In this document: positions 10,316 to 24,841 of the stretch, in pieces
Layout of the letters: the number at the start of each line of letters is the position of its first letter
Position numbering within the stretch: the first letter of the stretch is position 1
Assembly (NCBI GenBank): GCA_951406725.2
Contig: OX597827.1
Location: 55,366,001-55,430,000, forward strand
Origin: Octopus vulgaris
Lineage: Eukaryota
DNA length: 64,000 nucleotides
Reading direction: 5' to 3'
Program-made: the position numbers and the translations under genes
Notes under the pieces: model-generated
Told to the model about the DNA's origin: nothing
The model's input: the letters and a program-made list of their open reading frames with translations, nothing else
Database searches by the model: none

Positions 10316-13300
10316 TACACTCATGGAGTGGTTGGCGTTAGGAAGGGCATCCAGCCGTAGAAACATTGCCAGATCAGACCGGGCTTGGTGCAGCCTTCTG
10401 GCTTCCCAGACCCCAGTTGAACCGTCCAACCCATACTAGCATGGAAAGCGGACACTAAATGATGATAATGATGATATACACATACACACATATATACACA
10501 TATACACTCGAATGGCTTCCATACAGTTTCTGTCTACCAAATTCACTCAAAAGTTATTCATCAGTCAGAGACTATAATAGAAGACACTTGGCCAAGGGAC
10601 TACACAGTGGGATTGAACCTGACGCCACATGATTGCAAAGTGAACTTTCTAACCATACAGCCATGCCTTTACCTGTGGTCATATTTTTTTTAAATCTTAT
10701 CTCGATATATCCATTTACGTTTTATACAGAAACAAGAACATGTTTATGGCTTGAATTAAAGGAATAATTACTTTGTAAGGAAATAAATTAATGGAAGTGG
10801 TAAGTACTGAAACCCAAATTGACACTTACTGCTCAATTTCAGTTTTCTCTGTGGAAATTGTATCAACTAAATGTTTCAAGTGGGAATTGTACAAGGACAA
10901 AGATGGCATCTTAGTTTCGGTTACATCAGTTATTTTCTCCAAAAGCTGTTCTGTTTCTACAAAATTATTTGTCAAATCATCTAAAAAAAAAAAGAGGAAG
11001 AAACAAAAACTAAAATTTCATTTCAATTTCACACACATCCTCAGCAGCCTCTGAAAAGATAAAATACAAAGCAAACAAATTCTTCACTTGACAACTAAAA
11101 ATCTACTCCCCAACACTACAACCATCAAGTCCACCATCCTGTCTGTCGTTTCTTACACTTTTGACAAGTTTCCAGTTTTCTGAAATATCCAGCTCTGTAC
11201 CACCCCCACTAGACGCATCTACCTCCTCTATTTATCAAGGTGCTATTTTTACTTTTCAGTCTTTCTGTCTTTTGAGCAGCTGTGTCAATAGGATACCAGG
11301 TAATCTCTGTCAAAGTTCTGTAGTTCATATTGTCAATGTTCTTTTATTCTTTTACTTGTTTCAGTCATTTGACTGTGGCCATGCTAGAGCACCGCCTTTA
11401 GTTGAATAAATCAGCCTCCAGGACTTATTCTTTGTAAGCCTAGTACTTATTCTATTGGCCTCTTTTGCCAAACCATTAAGTTACAGGGACATAAACACCA
11501 ACATCAGTTGTCAAATGATGGTGGCAGGACAAACAGACACACAAATACATACATATAGACGTATGTATATATGTATGTATATATATATGATGAGCTTCTT
11601 TCAGTTTCCGACTACCAAATCCACTTGTGAGGCTATAGCAGAAGGCACTTGCCCGAGTGCCTTGCAGTGGGACTGAACCCAGAACTAAGTGATTGGGAAG
11701 CAAGTTTCTTACCACACAGCCACTCCTGTATCTGTTGAAAAATAAATATGATCAAAAATACTGCAGGAAGTATGAAATAAACAGAAATGTAGAAACACGT
11801 CAAAAGTACTAACATTACCTGCAGTACAAATTCACCAAAAACTGACACCAAAACTATTTAGTATTTAGTATTTAGTATTTAGTATTTTAGCCAAAGGCTA
11901 AAATACTAAATAGAGTCTCATATTTTGGAGTTGCACAAAATAAAAATAAAATACATTCGCATAGGGAATAAATGAAAGGAATAATTACCAATGTAAGATT
12001 CATCATTTGAATGAAAAATTCCTTCAGTAGCAATCTGATGAGGAACTGTATCCAATACCTCAGCTAAATTATGATGTTTTGATTTCATATCAGATAATGA
12101 GCTGTTTACTTTGGAAACTGCACTTTTCTGTTTATAAAAGAAAATGTTAAAACATTATTATTATTATTATTATTACTATTTATGAGCTACTGTACAGCAC
12201 ATACATTTGATCACTATAAACAAATCATTTGTGCAGATTGTTCATCTTGGACGAGAGACTCCATAATCATCATCATTTTTATTATTTCTAAGGTAACAAG
12301 TGTGGCAGAATCGTTAGCACTCTCGGCAAAATGTTTAGTGGTATTTCATCCATCTTCACATGCTGAGTGAAAATTCCATCGAGGTTGACTTTGCTATCCA
12401 TCCTTTCAGGGTCAATAAAATAAGTCCCAGTTGAGTACTGGGGTCAATGTAATTGACTATCTCCTGCCCCAAAATTTCAGGCCTTGTGCCTATAGTAGAA
12501 AATATCATTTCTATCAAGGCAGCAAGTTGGCTGAATTGTTAAAATGTTGGGTGAAATGTTTAGTGGCATTTCTTCCATCTTTTTGTTCTGAGTTCAAATT
12601 CTGCTGAAATCGACTTTGCATTTCATCCTTTTAGGGTCGATAAATTAAGTACCAGTGAAACAATGGGGTTGATGTATTCAATTAGTTCATTCCCCCAAAA
12701 TTTCAGGCCTTGTGCCTTTAGTAGAAAGGATTATTATTATTTATGAAGGTCATATATGTGGCAGCAGGATTTGGCTCTGAGCCATACCTCTGGAAAGAGA
12801 ATTGGGTCATCCCATAAACAATGCGGTTTTGTTATGCTTTTTATTTTTCAAAATTAAGATAAACAAAGTTCTTTTTCAATCTAAAATATACTCTATTTTC
12901 TACAATGTTCTTCCCTATATCTGGTAGAATTGCAAGGCCCCTCTTCCAAAATTCACTTGTATGTAACGGAAAATATTCCTTCAGTACTGTTCTAAGCTCG
13001 TCTACAGAATTCATATTTTTTTCCATCCAAAGGATTTTGAAGACTGTGGAATAAATGATAATCAGATGGGGCAGTGTCTGGCAAATATGGTGGGTGGGGA
13101 ATTGTTTCCCATTCAAACTGCTCTAGCCTTTGGAATGTCATCCTTGCTGTATATGATCGAGCATTATCTTGATGGAAGAACACCTTTTGTCTTGAAACCA
13201 AAGATGGTCATTTTTCTTCTAGCACCAACTTGAATGACCAAATCTAAGCTTTTCAGCTAGTTCCTCAACAGTTACAATGGGATTTTTGTTCCATCAGGGT

Positions 13301-16300
13301 TTGCAGATCTTCCAGGATGAGGTTTGTCATCTAGGCTCCAGTTTCTGGAACTACCATTAATACTAGCTTACACTTATTGTCCGATCCCAATATACTGCAT
13401 TAATATTCCTCGTACTTTCTGTTGCATTGATGCTTTTATTGAATTCACAAAGCAAAATATGCTGAATATGTTCCTCTGCCACTGCCATTATATCTTTGAA
13501 AAAAATACCTGTTAAAATTGAGCTGCACTCTTCAAAACTTGCACTAAGAATAAGCACAAGGTAAAATTACTACCTGCTTTTATAGCAAGTTGATGCAGGT
13601 AGTTTACCTCATCCCCCACCAACTTTTAGTTCATGCAATTGAAAAAAACCACATTATTTATGGGATGGCCCAATACACCTGATTATTATAAACAACTCGC
13701 TTGTGCAGGTTGTTCAGCAAAAAGCTGAATATTCATGTTGCTGAACAACCTGCAGTTTATAATAATCAGATGTATTGTTTATAATAATCAGATGTATTGG
13801 GTCATCCCATAAATATGGTATTTTTCAATTGCCTGAACTAAAAGTTGGAGGGGGATGAGGTAAACTACCTGCATCAACTTGCTATAAAAGCAGTTAATAA
13901 TTTTACCTTGTGCTTATTCTTAGTGCATATTTGGCATATTTTGCTTTATAAGTTCAATCAGTGCAACGGAAAGTTCGAGGAATATTAATGCAGTATATGG
14001 GGATCAGACAATAAGCATAAGCCAGTGTCAACGGTAGTTTCAGAAACTGGAGCCGAGATGATAAGCCTCATCCTGGAAGATCTGCAAACCCTGGCTTTGC
14101 CTTTCATCCTTTCAGGGTCAATAAATTAAGTACCAGTGAAACAATGGGGTATTCAATTAGTTCATTCCCCCAAAATGTCAGGCCTTGTGCCTTTAGTAGA
14201 AAGGATTATTATTATTTATGAAGGTCATATATGTGGCAGAAGACATTATTATTATTATTATTCCTATCTTGTTTGTCTACCTCATCCCAGCTTCTAAGTA
14301 TTCCATTTAAATTCACTGTTAAATTATAATTTTTAACACTACTGATTATCATCTTTTACTTTTTTTTAGTCATTGGACCAGGCTGAGCACCACCTTGTAG
14401 GGATTTGTGTGTGTGTGTACATATATATATCATCATCATTTAACGTCCGCTTTCCATGCTAGCATGGGTTGGACGGTTCAACTGGGGTCTGGGGAGCCCG
14501 AAGGCTGCACCAGGCCAGTCAGATCTGGCAGTGTTTCTACAGCTGGATGCCCTTCCTAACGCCAACCACTCCGAGAGTGTAGTGGGTGATTTTATGTGCC
14601 ACCGACACAGGTGCCAGACGAGGCTGGCGAACAGCCACGCTCGGATGGTGTTTTTTATGTGCCACCGACACAGGTGCCAGACGAGGCTGGCAGACGGCCA
14701 TATATATATATATATGACACTTCCACATAGTTTCCATCTGTTAAATTGACTTAAAAGCATTGATCGGCCTAAGGCTGTAAGTAGAAGACATTTGCCCAAG
14801 GTGTCATGCAGTGGGACTGAACCTAAAACCACATGGTAGCAAAGCAGGCTTCTTAACCACACAGACATTCTTTTTAATACATTACCACTGCTACATCCTT
14901 GTTTTTCATGTCAACACCACATCACTTTCTATTTATCTTATCTTTTATTCTTTTCTATTTTCGACTGTTAACTTTATACAGACATTCATTCTCATTCATC
15001 ATCAAGCTTCTACAACTTTGATTTACAACTCCAGTACACTGGCCACTCTTAACCACAACTACTTTCTAGCTGCTGTGGCAACTTCTGGTTGTATGGTCAA
15101 AATTCAACCTTTGACCTTATCTTGCATTTCACTCTTACCTACACTCCTCCAACTTTATTAATAGACCTCTCTTCTTTACTCTTCATCTTTCTCCCTCTTT
15201 CACATTTTTTCCCACTAACTCCCTTTAGCCAAGTATTCCTTCTCTTCTTTCTGTTGCCCTCCCAACATTCCGCCTTTATATGTCCTTCTCACTTTTCCAT
15301 TTCCTATCATTTACTTTTCAGCCTTTACCCATTTTCTCCAGGTTCTGGAGCTGTCTTGAGATCATGGTGGAAGCTAACCATAATCTAGTTGATATTTCTT
15401 TTGATTTTTTAAAAATACTTTTATTTTTAAGTGGGATGATGTGCTTTCTTTTCATTTTATGCAAACTGTCAAATTTAGCCTGAACACTGTCTCCACCAAC
15501 ATGCCTGTACCATTCCTTCAGTGCTCTGCTCGGTTATAAACCAAGAATGGCCAACAAAAGTAGCATTAATTTTTTAGGTTGTTCAATAATGAACCTATAA
15601 TGACTACTGGAAAAAGCTTTAAGTTTAATTTACTACAATAAAAAAAAAAAAATGTAATGACCATTACTTACGTTTTGTCTTAGAGACAAAAAGGAAATTT
15701 GAAACCTACCATCTCATATTTTCATCAAATTTTGACCAGTTATACCTATCAGTAAGGACAGAAAAAGTGCAAAATTTTAGGCCCCAGTTCCCAACAGTTC
15801 AAAAGTTGTGCTGATTTTAAATTTGGCTCAAATCATCTGCTTTTAGACCTGTGACAGCCATCTTGGATTTCAATACCGCAACAAATAATGTAATGACTTT
15901 CAATCCACAGACTATTTTTCTGAAAATTTGTACCTAACCATTTTTTAGAGTGCTGAATCTGAATTTGAAGAGAAAAGAGTGTATTTCTTATGGCAAAGTG
16001 CACATTCTCATGAATTAAAATGAAAACACTTCACCGCATCCCACCAACACTGCTGTGTATGCAAAGTCAAATTCCCAGAAGTGCCCAAATCCTACAGCTT
16101 TAACCCTTTTGTTACTAACCCGGCCGTAGCCGACCGAAAATTTTTTTGGTTCATAATACCAAGCCGGCCGTGAGAACCTATTGTTATTTAAATGTAAATT
16201 TGAACCCAAATCTCGTTGGTACATTCGTTAAAACATGTGATTTCACATTGTAAATAGTTAAGTTATAGTATCCGACATTGCTTGAAGTGATATCTCAACT

Positions 16301-19300
16301 CAGTGAATTTTGGGAGATTTTTTTCCACATGTTTTTCGGCATCGATTTTTCTTCAACTTTGAAAATGGATAGGAGTTTCATGTTATCAAGCATTGATTCC
16401 GAATTTAAAGCTTTTTCAATGGAAAATAGGGAGATATCGAGAAAAAGAATGAAATAGGTACTAAAGCACGTGGTGTACAAAATAATGAATATTTTTTTAT
16501 CCGAAAATGAAAACAGCGCCTTCCGAAGAAACAAAGCGGCGAAGGTGACAGCAAAGACGATTTTACATCGGCATGAAGTAAAAAAACTTTAAAAATGTTT
16601 TTATTAGCAATTTTTCTGAGGAGATAAAGTTTATCTATAGCCTTTCTTAGGAAGTGAAACCATTAGACTTTTATTTTTTTCAGTATGCTAGTTTGAAGCG
16701 ATCACTTCGGAAACAAACTTACGCAGATTGTAAACAAACCCAAAATGGGGGTTCAAAGTTTGGAAAATTTGTGAAGCAAATACTGGGTACTGTTGTGGAT
16801 TTAGTTTTTATACAGGGAAACTAATGTTAGTCAGCATGGCTTAGGGTACGATGTGGTCTGGAAGTTATTGTTTGAAGTGATCAATGCGGAAACAAACTTA
16901 CGCAGATGGGGGATCAAATTTCGGAAAATTTGTGAAGCAAATACTGGGTACTGCGTGGATTTAGTTTTTATACAGAGAAAATAATGTTAGTCAGCGTGGC
17001 CTAGGGAACGATGTGGTCTGGAATTTATCACTTCCATACCATAACCAGGGCCGTATATTATTTTTTGACCGATTTCTTTAGTTCGTTCAAACTTGAGGTG
17101 GATTCCAGATTTCACTTTATTCCACCTTTATGGTTACACCTGTTGTGCATTAAATTCAACTGATGATCTAGTGATGTGCACAATTCTTCTTTATCAAAAT
17201 TTTGTTGCATACCCATTTGAATATTAGCTGATGATTCATTTTCTATAGTGATGTTTAAACAAAATTTTAATTTTTTACCTTTTGCTCAATTTAAAATTAT
17301 AATATTTTTACCTTTTGCTCAATTTACCTGGATTTACCTGTAATTAAAGTCACTTTGAGACAAAATTTATGCAATAGAATTGATTAAGAACCCTTTCTTT
17401 AATTATGTTCCAAATATCACATTAATATGTTGATAAGTAAAAAAGTTACAGTTATTTAATGAAACAAGCCTAAATTCATGATTATTTTAGAATTTAATTG
17501 AAACTCATGAGGGGTGTATTTTGGTCAGAAATATAGTAACGAAAGGGTTTAAACTTTTAGCACATAAACTGGACAATCTTTTACTTGTGTGTGAAAAATC
17601 TCAATGGTACTCTCAAGACATCAAAAATTTCAAACCACCAAGTTGAGCCACTCATTTGATATTTTCCAACCACAATCACAGTAAACACAGCAGTCAGAGG
17701 AAATTGTCACTTCCTGTTTTTCTTCTTCAAATTCTGTTCTCACAAAGGTCATAAAGGTACAGCTGATTGTGGAAGTTAAAGGTGCAGTTGCAAAGAAACT
17801 TGCTTGTGTGCTAAAAGTCAATGATTCCGGTCTTCAAGAAGGAAAACAAGTGAACATTGGCAAAGAGACACAGTCAAAAGCAAATGATCTAGATTACTTG
17901 GTTGCAGTATATGAAGGAAAAAATTAAAAGTGCTGGCCAAAAGCAAAAACTTCAGATCTTGACTTTGGTTCCAAATTCTTGGTCTGTAAGAAGAATTGCC
18001 AAAGAATTCAGAGTGTCAAAAAAGTACCATTCAACCTGGCTATTTGAATGGTACTTGAAGATGGCCAAATTTCAAATCCTCCTAACTTTTGAACTGTTGG
18101 GAGTTGGTGTCTGAAATTTTGCACTTTTTCTGTTCTTACTGATAGGAACAACTGGTAAAAATTTTGTGAAAATCTGAGATGGTGAGTTTCATGCCTGTCC
18201 TACATTTATATAGAATCACCCTATAAAAATATAAAATTGTGCATATCCATGTGTATGAAGTTACATACATACCTGAAGTTCACCTAAACGGGTAACCAGC
18301 TTATTGTGATTTATTTTTCTCAGTTGCAGATGTAAATCTAACTCTTTCTCACTATCAGATTGAGTCAAGTAACATAAATCTTGAATCTGCCTCTGTTAAG
18401 TATTTTAAACAATGTGGATTGACAAATTATGATTAACAGAAAAAAAACACACGATACAAAGACTTGTTCATGAAACAAAACTATAATAATAAACATAAAC
18501 AATACACATATACAATGTAAATGGATAACAGCACAAGGTCATGTAATTTGTAGGAGAGGTGAACAGTTATATAAATGACTAATATATGACATGTATTTCA
18601 TTTATTAATCTTTGCATGCTGAAAAGCAATGCTGTTCCCAGTAAAGATTTGAAAATAGAATGTAGAGGGACAAAAGTAAACAATTTAAAACATTTAGTCC
18701 AAACAATACACAATGCTTAAACTTTCTTCCAACAAATTTAAAACAGAGATAGAGTGGATAAAGAAATAATTGAAGTTATTAAAAAAAAAATGAAAACAAC
18801 AAAATAGAAATAAGATCACAAAATGTCATGCTATAATGGTAAAAGCCCCTTTATGGCCAATACTAACACTGAAGGGTTTATTCACACAATATGAAAACAT
18901 CTCTACAAAAAACGATTTAAAAAAACAAAATGAAGTAGAATATAAAATTAAAATACAAGGAGATTGTGAAATAATAAATCACATAATCTCTATTACCATA
19001 GAACTCAGTGAGACTTTACATTTTATGTTATGGTAAAATTCCACAGAATGTTGAATTTGTGTCCATAGCACTGATCAACAATGCTGACCACGGAAGACCA
19101 GTAACTGACAGACCATTCATTGCACAGAATAAAAATGTATTTTCCTTAAGGAAATGTTTTTCTTGGTCACAACATAGAATGTATGAATGTGTATAGTGAA
19201 GCTCTAGACAGCAACTCTCAGGTTATCTCTGTAAAACTGAGACAGAGATAACCCTTCAAACCATCAGTCCTTTTTTAACCTTTTGGTAGCTAAACTCCTC

Positions 19301-22300
19301 CCTACATCATAGAGAAGCATGGATCTTCAATTGTAGCAATGAGATCCAGCCTAAAATGTGCACGCCAAACTCACCCATGAACAGTAAGAATAAAGACCAT
19401 ACAAAATAAAGGGGAATCTTTAGTCTCTCAAGTGCTGTGGTAGCACAATAATATGTTCCCACCCTATGCTAAAAAGTAGTTGTAATACGAAAATAAAGGA
19501 ACACGCAGGAGTGGCTGTGTAGTAAGTACCTTACTTACCAACCACATGGTTCCAGGTTCAGTCCCACTGCGTGGCACCTTGGGCAAGTGTCTTCTACTAT
19601 AGCCTCGGGCCGACCAAAGTCTTGTGAGTGGATTTGGTAGACGGAAACTGAAAGAAGCCCGTTGTATATATATGTATGCATATATATATGTTTGTGTGTT
19701 TTTGTTTGTCCCCCCAACATCGCTTGACAACCGATGCTGGTGTATTTACGTCCCCGTAACTTAGCAATTCGGCAAAAGAGACCGATAGAATAAGTACTAG
19801 GCTTACAAAGAATAAGTCCTGGGGTCGATGCTCCAGCATGGCCACAGTCAAATGACTGAAACAAGTAAAAGAGAGAACACAAAAGAGCCGCTTGATATTT
19901 TCTTGTGCTGACCACTGTAGTATTGGTAGCAGAAAATGCAACCTGTCCATGCTATAAACTGATCTGTGAATGCTCTTCTGAAAATAATGACATTCTAGGC
20001 CTGATGGCAAAGGACCTTGGTAGATCAAGCCATACAACAGGTGACTCTTTAGTACTCACAAGGCACAGAAATCGCTACTACCAGTAAAGTAACCATAGAA
20101 GGGAAGTAACTCTCAAAGAGAACTAACAGAGGCTGTGTCTCTAGTCCTCTGCGTGAAAAATTTTCTCTAGTGGTGGGTATATTAAAAAAAAAATCAAGGG
20201 AAGTAACTCTGAATAAAAACTGATGTAGATAAATTATGACCTTTCCAACCTAGACCAGTATGGTAAAAAGGACATAAAAAAATGATAGCCATTCTTTTAT
20301 GTGAGAATGGTAATTCACATAATCCATGAGGACCCACAAATACTTCTTAAGACATTGTATTTATTTTATAGTAATACCACTGTTTGCAGCTTTTCCTATT
20401 CTGTAGTAGCTTTTTTATAGTTAGAGGAATTGAGCAAATTAAGGTGTGTTTCTCTGTTATAGTGTTTTGACACCTTTTTACATATCTTTTGTTATGTATA
20501 GCCAGATCAGCTTTCTCATACCCAGTCTTCTCTCAGCTCTTTTACACACCATCGTTCTTGCACACACAATAGAGTATACATGTCTCACTACCTTCCAACC
20601 TTTACACATACCCTGCATTCAATACCCGTGTTTTGCTATCGTGCAACATTGCACCTTGTACACAAGCACCATACCATCTGCCCTTCACTTGAAGAGGAAA
20701 TCCCTTCATTGATAAGCTCTATAAAGAAGTGCCAATCTTTTGTAGACGGAACACACAAAAGAAGGACACTCAAATTGACATGGGATGGATTACTGAAGGA
20801 CGACCTCAGGTTGTTGAACCTTTCAGATGAGATGACAAAGGACTGAGATACCTGGTACTTTGTTGTACTCAAGAAAATCTGTACTCCACAGCAGAAGTGT
20901 TAGGGCCACTCCCCCTGGTGAAGGGTATTAGTCTGCCAGAGTCCTGTGCAAGTATCATATTAGAGCGCTCATGTGGTGCCACTTTAAAAGCATCCAGCAC
21001 CACACACTGCAAAGTGGTTGGCATTAGGAAGGGCATCCAGCCATAGAAACCATCCCAAATCAGACTGGAACCTGGTGCAGCTCTCTGACTTGCCAGCTCT
21101 GGTCAAACCATTCAACCCATGCCATATTGGAAAAATGGACATAAATGGTGATGAGGTAATGACTCCACAAACAGTTTTTACTATGCATTCAGAACACTGA
21201 CCTCCAGCTCAATGAATGCCAGGTATAGAGCAGTGATTCTCAGCTGGGGTCCATATAAGATTATATTGTTAAAAAGTATGTGCAATAAATTGGTTTATCT
21301 CTACAATGCACAAAATATTTAAAGAATTTTTTAATACAATTTCTAATAATATAAGATTATGCAGTTTGCTATAAGTCTTTCTGTTACTTTAATAACCCAA
21401 TCTATCAATTCAGCACCTCTGTAGTTGCTTGTCTTGGGCAGTTCCATTGCCTTTGTAACAATCGGTAATTATACTGCTACACCAGTCACAGGGTATGACA
21501 CTACCTTGGACTACCTGACTGACTGTGATAATGACTACAATTCATCCTACTTAGATGGATATTTGTAGCATCTCAGCAACTATTCCTGGTCTAGTTGCTT
21601 TTCCTACCTTTACATCCTTAACTGTGCTTTCAATTGTACAGCTATCTGCTTCAATAGCTGGTCCCTCTGTTGGTCTACTTTGAGTAGTCCCATTCTCCCA
21701 ACATTCTGTAATCTCTTGGAATAACAATTACAGGCTTCTTTCTTGTGTGTGTTAGTGATGGCAAGGGTGTCACTTTTCAGTTAACACATTTCCCTAATGA
21801 CATCTCAAACTGCGCCAATACCTTGCCTTATGCAATCCACCTCTAACCCTTTGCAAATTCTTAGCAAACCTCTTACTTCCATCATCTCTCAGTAGTTTAA
21901 CTTTCACAGCTCTGTCTGGTGTTCTATTCTACTGCCATGCCAACTTGTCTGGCTGGGAGCTTGTTCCACCATCCACAGATCTGGTCTGTGGCTTGCAATA
22001 GGTTGTCTCATACAAACTCTTAGTTGTCTTGTATGTCATAACCCCAATATCCTCCTTTCTCTCATCATATGCATTAACTTGTATTTCTATGAACCTATGT
22101 CCAGCAGCTTCCATACCTATATCAATAAATAAATAAATAAAGTGTGCAGTTATATAACTACTTACTGCCGCATCAGCTTCTCTCTTCTGAATTGCTTTCT
22201 GCACCATTTTATCAAGATAAAGTGTTTGGATGTAATTGGTGTATAAAATATCCACTTCTATCTGGTTGAGAGGTGCTTTTTGCTAAAATTATCATTGAAT

Positions 22301-24582
22301 GAAAAAAATTAAATAAATATTTGCATGCATGTAAATATGCATATAATTAATATACTTGCATTAAAATCATGAAGGAAAAAATTATATATTTTGAGTATAA
22401 ACTACATTTTTAAAAATCTAATAATTCTATTTAAAAATCAATAGTAAAATTTAAATAATCTCCTGATATAATACTTACAGAAAACAAAGCCTATCACAAA
22501 TCATTTTCAAAATATACTTGCAAGAATCCCAAAACTTATTGAATTACAGTAGCACTACCTGAAGAATTGCGAATCATAAGTGTATCTATTTCTTTACTAC
22601 CCACAAGGGACTAAACACAGAGAGGACAAACAAGGACAGACAAACGGATTAAGTCGATTATATCGACCCCAGTGCGTAACTGGTACTTATTTAATTGACC
22701 CTGAAAGGATGAAAGGCAAAGTCGCCCTTGGCGAAATTTGAACTCAGAATGTAGCGGCAGACAAAATACCGCTAAGCATTTCGCATTTTAACTCAATATT
22801 ACAGGTTAATGAAACGTACATCAATTATACATTACTGATCCAGTTTACCATGCCAAATTTGGGTGGACAGAGCCATTTCAGTGTTTAGTGTATTGATCTT
22901 TAACTTAGCATGCCACCATTTGTAGGGTATTGACTGTCAAACCTTTGGTTATTTGGTTGATATGCAATCAATTCAGTCAGTTGATACCCTCTGACTTCAT
23001 AAGTTATAATTTGAACTGCATGATAGTAACAATTATACCATAGGTACCCTATTTACCATTTCTCTTCTTCAAATATTGATCATTATTTAACACCCATTTT
23101 TCTATGCTTGCATGCTTCAGACACAATTCTTCAAGGTAGGTTTTTTTTACAGATGGACACCCTTCCAGTCATCAACCTTCAAATGTTTCCAGGCAAGGTA
23201 ATAATTTTCAATGCCCAGATGTGTTTCTCACTATAGACTGAAAGCAAACAACACTGCTTGTATGATGATGATGATGCTTGTTTATAATACTCACAGGGCT
23301 TTTTGGTTAGTCTGCCTGGAGTCATAGTAAAAGAATACTTGCCTAAAGTACTGCACAATAGGACTGAACATTAGAAATGGTAGGGAATCAAGCTTCTCAA
23401 CCACACAGCTCAAAAGGGATCCAGTTCACTCTTTAAGGTGGTTGGCATTAGGAAGGGCATCCAGCCATAAAAGTCTGCCAAACAGACCTTACTAGTGCTG
23501 GTGCCATGTAAAATGTACCCAGTCCCCTCTGTAAAGTGGAAGGGCATCCAGCCGTAAAAACCATGTCAAGAAAGAGTGGAGCTTGGTGCAGGCCTTTGGC
23601 TTACCAGCTCCTGTTAAACCATCTAACCCATGCCAGCATGAGTAAATGGATGTTAAATGATGAAGATGATATCAAAATAAACTAAAAAAGATATATCAGA
23701 ATTAAGAAATAAGAGAAAAATATTACTTCTTTATTTACTTCAGGATCCTCCAGTGGCAGTGAAGCTTCCTTGTTCTTGGTAGTTTTGAAAATATCTCTGC
23801 GACAACTGAGTTTAGGTCCTTCAGACCCTAGTAACATAGAAAGATCAATTCATACAGTTTCAGAAGTAGACTTTAAACCCTTTAGCATTCAGATTACTGT
23901 CAGACATAATGTTTATATATTCAGTTAGTTCTAAATTAATTTTGTATGATATCTTAGCTTCAAGATTTTTGTGTTTGTTTACTTTTAGAATGACATTATA
24001 GGGTAAGTGTGACAGGTTGAATCTGACCAGTTTGAATATAAAACAGGTAGAATATTTTAGTTGGGTTAAATGTTAATGGGTTAAGCTTCCAACACTCTAA
24101 ACTAAGTTTTATTAAGCTTACTTACTAGTGATACTAAGTCTATTCATACTTTTGTATCCCTTTATATTTCATTTTAACACAACTTGGCCCATTCTAAAAA
24201 TTTAAAGCTTCACCTCACCCAGTTTCTTGAAGAAAAAAATAGCTAAAGTTATTTTTTTAATAACAAAAACAGATTCTTATATACTGCATTATGCACCAGT
24301 GTCTGCTTTAGTAAGGTTCCTATGGCTGGATGCTTTTCCTAATGCTTATTTTATATATATATATACACAGTTCACTCTTTAAGGTGGTTGTCATTAGGAA
24401 GGGCATCCAGCCTGCCAAACAGACCTTACTAGTGCTGGTGCCATGTGTATGTATGTATGTATGTATGTATGTATGTATATATATATATATATATATATTG
24501 TTGGGTACCTATCTGGCAGTATATTGGATATATATTATCCCATGGTGGGTTGAATTTTCAACCCCTATCTCATTTTATAACC

Positions 24583-24613
<31 letters not shown>

Positions 24614-24798
24614 AGAGTTTATGAAAAAAACAAAAGACGAAGATAGGTGGTGTACAAAACAAACAGATGTATTAGTGTAACGCTTAGAAATAGAAAAAGT
24701 CTTTTACGTTTCGAGCCTACGCTCTTCTACAGAAAGGGACACAGAAAAAACAAAGAGAGAAAAAAATGTGTGTAGTGGCTAACAATCTATCATGGCGA

Positions 24799-24841
<43 letters not shown>

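Noticed and set aside
15330-15505. Open minus-strand frame as an extra HAUS8 exon
   Set aside because: No good pyrimidine tract or compatible phases; exons 12 and 13 already join in frame and match the expected homologue length
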